The translations under genes were made by a program, and so were the position numbers. A DNA stretch of 13,584 nucleotides from Acidobacteriota bacterium (GTDB lineage Bacteria; Acidobacteriota; Terriglobia; Bryobacterales; Bryobacteraceae). The stretch's first letter is position 1; the number at the start of each line of letters is the position of its first letter. Shown here piece after piece: positions 1 through 6,750 of this stretch. Location: the NCBI GenBank assembly GCA_031394025.1, contig JANMWO010000698.1, positions 1-13,584 of the forward strand, read 5' to 3'. The notes under the pieces were generated by a model, which was given only the letters and a program-made list of their open reading frames with translations, was not told where the DNA came from and did not search any database.

Positions 1-888
1 GTGAAAATCGCTCAAAAAACAGTGGTGCCCTCGTTTTCCGAAGTACTCGAAAAATCAATCCCCAGTAGCATCGCCGATGCTATGGCCCGTGGCGATGTTT
101 TGCAAATCGTCATATTCTGCATGTTGTTTGGTTTGGCGGCGAATGCCATTGGCGAAAAAGCCAGACCGATTCTGAACTTTGCCGAATCGTTGGCAGCCAT
201 CGCATTTCGTTACACAAATTTTGTAATGTATCTGGCACCTTTCGCCGTTGTAGCGGCAATGGCTTCCACCGTGGCTGAAAACGGATTTGGTGTTCTATTC
301 GGCTTAGGCAAGCTGATTGCAACAGCTTATTTGGCGCAAGGACTCTACGCGATTGTGTTTCTGGGCGGGGCGCTGGTGATGTTTGGCGTACCACTGCGGC
401 GCTTTTTTCAAGCGGTCCGCGAACCTTTCCTGATCGCATTCGCCACTACGTCCAGTGCAGCGGCTCTGCCCAAGGCTCTGGAAAACATGCGGCGCTTCGG
501 GATTCCCACACCAATTCTGGGATTGGTGATGCCCCTAGGGCTCAGTTTCAATTTGGCGGGGAGTACTTTGCACTTGGCCATGGCCACGCTGTTTGTTGCG
601 CAAGCTGCGGGCATGGCGCTCCCCTGGTCAACACAGGTAATGATTCTGTTGACGCTGAAGCTTACAAGCAAAGGAGTGGCCGGAATCCCCAGAGCGAATT
701 TCGTTATTCTTTCGGCATTGTTCTTGAGCTTTGGATTGCCCATGGAAGGGCTGCCGGTACTGTTGGGGGTTGACGCGGTGATCGACATGATTCGCACTGG
801 AGTCAATATTTTGGGCCATTGCGTGGCACCCGCTGTGATTACGCGATGGGAGGGTGAAGTTCTTCCCGCAGGGCCGATTGAAGCCTAG
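1..888 (+). CDS. Dicarboxylate/amino acid:cation symporter (DAACS / sodium:dicarboxylate symporter family), partial with 5' end outside the window.
   Basis: The reading frame is open from base 1, and the leading GTG is probably just in-frame rather than a true start. The 295-aa translation is highly hydrophobic with multiple TM helices and the DAACS-type re-entrant-loop motifs: ...ATTSSAAALP..., SFNLAGSTLHLAMATLFVAQAAG (in the position of SFNxDGTA), GVAGIPRANFVIL and GVDAVIDMIRTGVNILGHC. Full-length family members are about 400-450 aa, so about 120-150 aa are missing upstream. The stop is at 886-888. Confidence 0.85.
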   Translation: MKIAQKTVVPSFSEVLEKSIPSSIADAMARGDVLQIVIFCMLFGLAANAIGEKARPILNFAESLAAIAFRYTNFVMYLAPFAVVAAMASTVAENGFGVLFGLGKLIATAYLAQGLYAIVFLGGALVMFGVPLRRFFQAVREPFLIAFATTSSAAALPKALENMRRFGIPTPILGLVMPLGLSFNLAGSTLHLAMATLFVAQAAGMALPWSTQVMILLTLKLTSKGVAGIPRANFVILSALFLSFGLPMEGLPVLLGVDAVIDMIRTGVNILGHCVAPAVITRWEGEVLPAGPIEA

Positions 889-1342
889 TCCAGGTAGTAG
901 CCAATTCTTCAATGTGGACGCGAGTTTCAGCGGTCACACTCATAAAGTTGGCATCGCCGAACCAGCGGGGGACAATGTGCATGTGGATATGGCCCGCCAC
1001 GCCCGCTCCAGCGCATTCTCCGAGGTTCATCCCAAGATTGATGCCCTGCGGCCCGTAAACCTTGCCTAGCGCCGATTCCGCGTGCCTAGCTAGCCACATC
1101 ATTTCCGTAAGCGCTTCGGGCTGGGCTTGTGTCAGCGATGGCACATGGCTGTACGGCACGATCATCAGATGGCCATTGGTGTACGGATATAGGTTCAGGA
1201 CCGCAAAATTGAATTTCGCGCGAAGCAGGATTAGATTTTTGGGGTCGTCTTGCTCTGCCACCATTTGGCAGAAAACACAACCCGCTGGCGAATCACTTTT
1301 TGTGACATAGCGGTAACGCCAGGGGCTCCACAAATGGTCCAT
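839..1342 (-). CDS. HIT (histidine triad) family nucleotide hydrolase/transferase, 167 aa.
   Basis: The ATG start at 1340-1342 was verified. The N-terminus MDHLWSPWRYRYV is typical of the GalT-like / Ap4A-phosphorylase-like HIT subgroup. The histidine triad is present as GHIHMHIVPRW. The 3' end overlaps the symporter 3' end by 50 bp in a convergent arrangement. Confidence 0.8.
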   Translation of the reverse strand: MDHLWSPWRYRYVTKSDSPAGCVFCQMVAEQDDPKNLILLRAKFNFAVLNLYPYTNGHLMIVPYSHVPSLTQAQPEALTEMMWLARHAESALGKVYGPQGINLGMNLGECAGAGVAGHIHMHIVPRWFGDANFMSVTAETRVHIEELATTWTRLQSALREELHPPIA

Positions 1343-1354
1343 GGATTTTTAAAT

Positions 1355-1657
1355 TTAGGGCACAGTGGGGGCTACCGGTTCGGTGCCGTTGACCAGATCC
1401 TTCAATTCCTTGCTGGGCTTGAAGTAGGGAATGCGCTTAGCAGGCACTTCCACTCTAGCCCCGGTTTTCGGATTTCGGCCTACACGTGGCTGACGTTGCC
1501 GCGTACGAAAGCTCCCGAATCCCCGGATTTCAATTTTGTCTCCGCTGCGCAGGCTCTTCACCACGCTGTCAAAAATGGCTTCTACAATCACCTCGGAATC
1601 TTTCCGGGTCATTTCCACCACTCGCGATACTTCTTCGATGAGATCTGCCTTGGTCAT
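1355..1657 (-). CDS. ihfB: Integration host factor subunit beta (IHF/HU family DNA-binding protein), 100 aa.
   Basis: The ATG start at 1655-1657 was verified. The translation [10 protein letters not shown]...[50 protein letters not shown] aligns closely with E. coli IhfB (MTKSELIERL...[31 protein letters not shown]...PHFKPGKELRDRAN). It lies immediately downstream of rpsA, as in the conserved rpsA-ihfB arrangement. An AGGA Shine-Dalgarno sequence sits about 13 nt upstream of the start, inside the rpsA 3' end. Confidence 0.85.
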   Translation of the reverse strand: [100 protein letters not shown]

Positions 1658-1664
1658 ATAACTT

Positions 1665-3440
1665 TCAATTATCCTTGCCTTTCATCGCTTCTTCAATAGT
1701 GGAGGTAGCATTGGCCGCCTGTTTCTGATAATCATCCAAGCGAGTTTTTTCCTCATCATCGGAAACGGCCCGCAAACTTAATCCAATCTTTTTGTCAGCG
1801 GGATTGAGGCGAATTATTTTAAAATCGAATTCCTCATTCAGGGGTAAATCCGATTCCGCTTTCCCCGCCAGTTGCAACTCGGAATTATGGCACAAACCTT
1901 CCACTCCGGGAGCCACTTCAATGAACACTCCGAAATTCGCCACCCGGCAAACCTTGCCTCTAACCACATCACCAACCACTTGGGTCTGAAAGAAAGATTC
2001 CCAGGCATCTGGCTGCAACTGCTTCACTCCCAACGACAAACGCCGCGAAGGAGCATCAATGTTAATGATAACAGCTTGTACTAGTTGCCCTTTTTTGAGC
2101 AGTTCCGATGGGTGCTTCACGCGCTTGGTCCAAGAGAGGTCAGAAATGTGCACCAGCCCGTCAATGCCTTCTTCAATTTCAATGAAAGCTCCGAAATCGG
2201 TTAGCTTTCGCACACGCCCTTCCACCACACTGCCCACGGAATAGCGCATGGCGACGGTGGTCCAAGGGTCAGCTTCCAACTGTTTGATGCCCAGCGAAAT
2301 GCGGCGGTCCTTGGGCTTGATATCCAGCACAACTGCTTCTACCGAATCCCCGACCTTTACCACTTTGCCGGGATGTTTCATCCGTCGGGACCAGGTCATT
2401 TCAGAAATATGAATCAACCCTTCCACGCCGGCTTCAATTTCTACAAACGCACCATAATCAGTGATGGAAACAATATGGCCAACCACTTTCTGCCCATGGG
2501 GAAAGCGTTCAATCACTGTCGACCAGGGATCTGGAGCCATCTGTTTCAGACCCAAAGAAATTCGTTCCTTGCCGGAATCGAACTTCATCACTTTCAGAGT
2601 GAGTTCCTGCCCAACGTGGATGATTTCCGAAGGATGTCCCACGCGGCCGTAGCTCATATCGCTGACGTGCAGTAAGCCATCAATGCCACCCAGATCAATG
2701 AAAGCGCCATAGTCGGTCAGATTTTTTACGACGCCGCGGACTTCTGAGCCTTCTTCCACATGTTCCAACACGTCGGTCTTACGGTCTGCGATTTCCGTTT
2801 CCACGGCCATCTTGCGCGATACAACCACATTGCCGCGCCGCCTGTTCAGTTTCACAATGCGGACCGGAATATCGGTTCCTAGCAGCGGTTCCACGTTATA
2901 AACAGGCCTGACATCAATCTGCGAACCTGGAAGGAAAGCTTCCACTCCCACATCCACAATCAGGCCGCCCTTGGTGCGCGTTAGGCAACGTGCGGAGACG
3001 ATCAAATTTTCTTTCAGTGCCTGATCCAGCGTATCCCAGGCGCGCAATTTTTGGGCTCGTTTGTGGGAAAGAACGGTATAGCCTTCAGGACTTGTGGCCT
3101 GACGGTCTACCATTACTTCGATGACGTCGCCAGGGTTCACCGCAGGCTTTCCGTCAATCATCGGGAACTGGTCTAAAGGAACAATTCCTTCGGATTTATA
3201 ACCGAAATCTACAATGGCATCTTTCTCGCCGAGCTTCAGCACGGTGGCCATTAAAACTTCGCCGTCAGAGGGTGGAGAAAAGTTGCTGTAATCGTCCAGC
3301 ATCTGTTCGTAGGCAAGATCTTCCGAACCGAATTCGCCTAGTCCCGCTTGCTCTAAATCCATCTCCATTGAGCCTTCGGGTGTACCCGGAATTGGGTGGC
3401 CCGGAGTTCCAGGAGTTGGTTGGTTCGGGTTACTTGCCAT
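1665..3440 (-). CDS. rpsA: 30S ribosomal protein S1, about 591 aa from the ATG at 3440.
   Basis: The protein has repeated S1 RNA-binding domains, for example GTDIPVRIVKLNRRRGNVVVSRK, multiple G(x)V..L.DYGAFVEI / DGLLHVSD(M/L)S motifs, and repeated K-H-P-S/G lysine-rich linkers. The six-frame track starts it at a TTG at 3479. I prefer the in-frame ATG at 3438-3440 (MASNPNQ...), which is preceded by GGCGGAGAAACAATC containing a GGAG Shine-Dalgarno sequence. The stop is TGA at 1665-1667. An N-terminal extension of about 70 aa that is Pro/Gly-rich and acidic precedes the first S1 domain. Confidence 0.88.
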   Translation of the reverse strand: MASNPNQPTPGTPGHPIPGTPEGSMEMDLEQAGLGEFGSEDLAYEQMLDDYSNFSPPSDGEVLMATVLKLGEKDAIVDFGYKSEGIVPLDQFPMIDGKPAVNPGDVIEVMVDRQATSPEGYTVLSHKRAQKLRAWDTLDQALKENLIVSARCLTRTKGGLIVDVGVEAFLPGSQIDVRPVYNVEPLLGTDIPVRIVKLNRRRGNVVVSRKMAVETEIADRKTDVLEHVEEGSEVRGVVKNLTDYGAFIDLGGIDGLLHVSDMSYGRVGHPSEIIHVGQELTLKVMKFDSGKERISLGLKQMAPDPWSTVIERFPHGQKVVGHIVSITDYGAFVEIEAGVEGLIHISEMTWSRRMKHPGKVVKVGDSVEAVVLDIKPKDRRISLGIKQLEADPWTTVAMRYSVGSVVEGRVRKLTDFGAFIEIEEGIDGLVHISDLSWTKRVKHPSELLKKGQLVQAVIINIDAPSRRLSLGVKQLQPDAWESFFQTQVVGDVVRGKVCRVANFGVFIEVAPGVEGLCHNSELQLAGKAESDLPLNEEFDFKIIRLNPADKKIGLSLRAVSDDEEKTRLDDYQKQAANATSTIEEAMKGKDN

Positions 3441-3606
3441 GATTGTTTCTCCGCCGCCCTTAGCCTGTGACAGTACCAAGGGAAAAAAGTGCCCCCAAAA
3501 TTCGTATAAACCGTTGGGGATCAGTTATTTCAGAAATATAGCGGAAGGGGCGGGGGAAGTCAACCTACGGGGTCCCCTGGCAATTGCCGCTAAGCCACTG
3601 GTTTGC
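3441..3606 (-). promoter_or_regulatory. Intergenic region between cpaF and rpsA, presumed to contain the rpsA promoter and 5' leader.
   Basis: This is a 166-bp non-coding stretch upstream of the rpsA ATG with a GGAG Shine-Dalgarno sequence. It contains a perfect 10-bp palindrome GGCAATTGCC at 3579-3588 and G/C runs (GGGGCGGGGG at 3547-3556, GGGGTCCCC at 3570-3578) that could form leader secondary structure. In other bacteria rpsA leaders are autoregulatory structures, but no specific motif was matched here. Confidence 0.3.
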
Positions 3607-4944
3607 CTACATATTTACTTCAACAACTTCTTCAAAAACACTGTCTGGCAGCTTAATTCCGCTAATTTTGAGACGATTGAGGATCAGTGGAGTGACCCCG
3701 GTATACTTAAACCGGCCCATCACTTTTCCCTCGGAATTAACGCCAATCCTTTCAAACTGGAAGATATCCTGAACTTCCACGCGATCATGCACCACGCCCA
3801 AAACTTCAGAAATGGAAGTGATTTTACGGGACCCATCCTGCAGGCGAGCCACCTGGACCACCAACTTAATTGCACCCGCCAGTTGGGACACAATCACTTT
3901 GGTGGGGATCTCCACATCGGCCATTAGAATCATCGCCTCCAAGCGGGAAAACGCATCGCGTGGATTGTTGGCGTGGATGGTGGTCATGGACCCTTCCACA
4001 CCAGTATTCATGGCTTGCAGCATGTCCAACGTTTCCGCACCGCGGCACTCACCCACAATAATGCGATCGGGCCGCATACGCAGTGCTGTACGTACTAAAT
4101 GACGCTGATTGATGCCGCCTTCTTTGTTCAAGTTCGGCGGTCGAGTTTCAAATTTCACTACGTGCCGCTGTTGCAATTGCAGTTCGGCGGTGTCTTCAAT
4201 AGTTACTACCCGTTCGTCTTCGGGGATAAAGCGGGACATGGCATTTAAGGTGGTAGTTTTTCCGGAACCAGTTCCGCCAGAAACCAGAATCGTGGTCTTT
4301 GCCTGTACGCACGCCGCCAGGAACTGCAGCATGGACGGCATCACCGTCTTATAGGCAATCATCTCGTCCGATGTGATAACGTGCCTTCCAAATCGGCGGA
4401 TAGAAAGTGAGGGGCCATCCAGCGCCAGTGGCGGAATAATTGCATTCACACGGGAACCATCCAGCAAACGGGCGTCAACAATGGGGGACGCTTCGTCGAT
4501 GCGACGGCCTACTTGCGAAACAATTTTTTCAATGATGTGCAGTAGATGGGCGTTGTCCCGAAAGCGAACTGGAGTTAGCTGCAATCTACCACCACGTTCC
4601 ACATACACTTTGTCGAAACGGTTCACCAGAATATCGGAGATGGAAGATTCTTTTAGCAGCGGTTCCAGGGGACCCAGCCCCAACACTTCATCAAGAACTT
4701 CCTCCACAATCCGATTCTGCTCGGCTGTGGTCATGGGAATCTTCTCTTGTTCCAGCAGCCGTTCCACGACGCGACCAATTTCGGCGCGAACCCTATCTTT
4801 GGGGATCGATGCGACGCGGTCCAGATTCAGCGCAGTCAGCAGCTTTTTATGGATTTCCGATTTGATTTCAAAATAACGGTCCGCAGTGCGAGGTTGAGGT
4901 GCACCGCCGCCGCGATTGATTGGTGGACGTGTTGGGCTGCCCAT
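3607..4944 (-). CDS. cpaF: CpaF/TadA-family type II/IV secretion system ATPase (Flp/Tad pilus assembly ATPase-like), 445 aa.
   Basis: The ATG at 4942-4944 was verified. The protein carries the Walker A motif [17 protein letters not shown], the Asp box / Walker B motif [12 protein letters not shown], and the downstream His-box region [17 protein letters not shown], with the overall organisation of the CpaF/TadA/VirB11 superfamily. No tadB/tadC/cpaE-like genes are present in the window. Confidence 0.85.
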   Translation of the reverse strand: MGSPTRPPINRGGGAPQPRTADRYFEIKSEIHKKLLTALNLDRVASIPKDRVRAEIGRVVERLLEQEKIPMTTAEQNRIVEEVLDEVLGLGPLEPLLKESSISDILVNRFDKVYVERGGRLQLTPVRFRDNAHLLHIIEKIVSQVGRRIDEASPIVDARLLDGSRVNAIIPPLALDGPSLSIRRFGRHVITSDEMIAYKTVMPSMLQFLAACVQAKTTILVSGGTGSGKTTTLNAMSRFIPEDERVVTIEDTAELQLQQRHVVKFETRPPNLNKEGGINQRHLVRTALRMRPDRIIVGECRGAETLDMLQAMNTGVEGSMTTIHANNPRDAFSRLEAMILMADVEIPTKVIVSQLAGAIKLVVQVARLQDGSRKITSISEVLGVVHDRVEVQDIFQFERIGVNSEGKVMGRFKYTGVTPLILNRLKISGIKLPDSVFEEVVEVNM

Positions 4945-5004
4945 AGGGAACTAAATAGAAACACCGATATGCAATTAAAGTAACGAGTACCATATCAAGT
5001 ATAG
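4945..5004. promoter_or_regulatory. Divergent intergenic region of 60 bp between cpaF (minus strand) and the sulfatase (plus strand).
   Basis: Both flanking genes start here and read outward, so both promoters and ribosome-binding sites must be packed into about 60 AT-rich bp (gggaactaaatagaaacaccgatatgcaattaaagtaacgagtaccatatcaagtatag). There is no clear Shine-Dalgarno sequence for the sulfatase. Confidence 0.3.
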
Positions 5005-5070
5005 ATGCTAAACCGGCGTCAATTTTTAACTTGGGCAGCCGTTGCACTGCAAGATTCTGCACCTGTGCGG
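5005..5070 (+). other. Predicted Tat-type signal peptide of the sulfatase.
   Basis: The sequence MLNRRQFLTWAAVALQDSAPVR has a twin-arginine RRQFL motif followed by a short hydrophobic stretch. The cleavage site is unclear because there is no canonical AxA. Confidence 0.35.
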
Positions 5071-6339
5071 AAACTTCCTAACGTTTTGTACATTTGTTGC
5101 GATTCGTGGCGAGCGCAGGCGTTGCCATCGGCTGGTGACTTCAATGTGATTGCTCCGAATTTGGCGCGCCTGGCAAGTCAGGGTGTGAATTTTTCGCGCA
5201 GTTACGCGGCAAATCCAGTTTGCGGACCTTCGCGCGCCGCCATTCAAACTGGCAAATTTCCCCATGCTGTGAAAATGCCCGTGAACGATTTGTTGCTCTC
5301 GTTGGATGAAGTCTGCATTTCCCAACAACTGGTGAAAGTTGGTTATAAGACCGGCTACATCGGCAAGTGGCATCTGGATGGGGAAGAACGTCCAGGTTTT
5401 GTGCCACCTGGTCCTCGACGTCGGGACTACCAGTATTGGGCTGCTACCAATCGGAACCACGACGCTTTCAATACAATCTATTTCAATGATGCTCCGGAGC
5501 CGATTTACAAAAAAGGCTTTGAGCCCGATATACAAACAGATCTAGCTATTCAGTTTCTTGAACAGAACAAGGCCAACCCGTTTTATCTGTTTCTATCCTG
5601 GGTCTCGCCCCATGCGCCGTACACTCCGCCGCCCCGTCATCAGAAGACTTATAACCCGGCCAAGCTTGCTTTGCGGGAAAATGTCCTGCCCGGTTCTGAA
5701 GCGCAAACCCGCAAGGATTTGGCTGGTTACTACGGACTTTGTTCTGCCCTGGATGACGATATTGGGCGCCTTCTCGACAAGCTGGACCAACTGAAACTGA
5801 CTGCGGATACGATCGTCATTTTCACGGCTGATCATGGCAATATGCTGGGGTCGCACGGGCTGATCGGAATGGATGTGCCCTATGAGGAATCGGTGGGGAT
5901 TCCTTTGATTGTCCGCTATCCTCGAAAACTGAAAGCAGGCACGATGGACGAGGATCTGTTGGTATCGAATGTGGACCACATGCCCACTGTCCTGGGTTTT
6001 TGTGGTGTGGAGATTCCTTCCGATGTCCAGGGCCGCGACTTGTCCAGTTTCATGATCAGTGGCGAAGGAGATCGGCCACAGTCCATTTATTGTGAAGGGC
6101 AACTGACCACGCCTGAAGAGTGGCGGATGATTGTGCGCGGCTTTGACAAATTGGTGGTGGGGCGTGATATGAAAGTGACGCACCTATTTAACTTAGGGCA
6201 AGATCCGTTTGAGATGACCAATCTGGCGAATAGCAAGGCCAGTTCGGTTCTGCAAGATGGGCTGCTTGCTTTGATGAAACGTTGGATGATTCGGACCGGG
6301 GATCGCGTTCCTTATCCAATGCCGAAAGTGAGAGCGTAG
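5005..6339 (+). CDS. Sulfatase (arylsulfatase / alkaline-phosphatase superfamily) with an N-terminal twin-arginine (Tat)-like signal peptide, 444 aa.
   Basis: The ATG at 5005 was verified. The N-terminus MLNRRQFLTWAAVAL carries an RRxFL Tat motif. The Cys-type sulfatase active-site signature C-x-P-S-R is present in ANPVCGPSRAAIQTGKFPH. Other family motifs are GYKTGYIGKWHLD, the downstream FTADHGNMLG (HG catalytic region) and C-terminal GQDPFEMTNLA. The N-terminal metal-binding strand reads NVLYICCDSW rather than the canonical ...ADDLG. Confidence 0.85.
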   Translation: MLNRRQFLTWAAVALQDSAPVRKLPNVLYICCDSWRAQALPSAGDFNVIAPNLARLASQGVNFSRSYAANPVCGPSRAAIQTGKFPHAVKMPVNDLLLSLDEVCISQQLVKVGYKTGYIGKWHLDGEERPGFVPPGPRRRDYQYWAATNRNHDAFNTIYFNDAPEPIYKKGFEPDIQTDLAIQFLEQNKANPFYLFLSWVSPHAPYTPPPRHQKTYNPAKLALRENVLPGSEAQTRKDLAGYYGLCSALDDDIGRLLDKLDQLKLTADTIVIFTADHGNMLGSHGLIGMDVPYEESVGIPLIVRYPRKLKAGTMDEDLLVSNVDHMPTVLGFCGVEIPSDVQGRDLSSFMISGEGDRPQSIYCEGQLTTPEEWRMIVRGFDKLVVGRDMKVTHLFNLGQDPFEMTNLANSKASSVLQDGLLALMKRWMIRTGDRVPYPMPKVRA

Positions 6340-6729
6340 ATGGAACTACGGCCCATCGGGATTGTCCACAACGAAGTTCGACCACCGCAGAAAATGACCC
6401 CATTCGGAGTCCCTTCGACGGTTGAAATTTTGCCTCAGTACGAAGAGGCTCTATTGCATATTGAGAAGCATTCGCACATTTGGGTGCTGGCTTGGATAGA
6501 CCGTGGGGAGCGCGACTTGCTGCAAGTGATCCCGAGATCAGGCAATGAGCTGCGGGGAGTATTTGCGGTGCGTTCGCCTGCCCGACCGAATCCAATTGGA
6601 CTGACTTCAGCGCGGCTGCTTAAGCGCGAAGGCCTCACTTTGTATTTGGACAAACTGGATTTCCTGGATGGCACGGTTGTACTGGATATCAAGCCCTACT
6701 TCCCAGTTCGCGACGTTCACTTTGCCTAG
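6340..6729 (+). CDS. TsaA-like / TrmO N-terminal domain protein (YaeB family, SAM-binding), 129 aa, stand-alone domain.
   Basis: The ATG at 6340 follows immediately after the sulfatase TAG stop at 6337-6339, giving the sequence TAGATG. The protein aligns with the E. coli TrmO (YaeB) N-terminal domain: IGIVHNEV vs IGVIRSPY, HSHIWVLAW vs FSHLWILFV, GVFAVRSPARPNPIGL vs GVFATRSTFRPNPIGM, and LDFLDGTVVLDIKPYFP vs LDLVDGTPVVDIKPYLP. The C-terminal TrmO domain is absent because the protein stops at 6729. Confidence 0.82.
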   Translation: MELRPIGIVHNEVRPPQKMTPFGVPSTVEILPQYEEALLHIEKHSHIWVLAWIDRGERDLLQVIPRSGNELRGVFAVRSPARPNPIGLTSARLLKREGLTLYLDKLDFLDGTVVLDIKPYFPVRDVHFA

Positions 6730-6750
6730 TGGAACGCGCTCCAATTCCCC

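Noticed and set aside
1250-1699. A 149-aa ORF on the plus strand.
   Set aside because: It lies entirely antisense to ihfB and the HIT gene, has no recognisable motifs, and is a typical shadow ORF of well-supported genes.
3441-3479. A TTG start at 3479 for rpsA, which is the longest-ORF call MVLSQAKGGGETIMASNP...
   Set aside because: The in-frame ATG at 3438-3440 has a GGAG Shine-Dalgarno sequence at appropriate spacing, and the extra 13 codons overlap it. An ATG with an RBS is the more plausible initiation site.
3570-3589. GGGGTCCCC / GGCAATTGCC as a Rho-independent terminator for cpaF.
   Set aside because: The possible stems are only 3-4 bp with loops of 1-4 nt and no following T-tract on the minus strand, which is too weak to call a terminator. 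They are kept only as part of the rpsA leader region.
4373-4876. A 167-aa ORF on the plus strand.
   Set aside because: It is antisense inside cpaF and is a Ser/Arg-rich low-complexity shadow ORF.
5593-6183. A 196-aa ORF on the minus strand, together with the 5026..5535 minus-strand ORF.
   Set aside because: They are antisense within the strongly supported sulfatase gene and are Arg/His-rich nonsense typical of reverse-frame translation.
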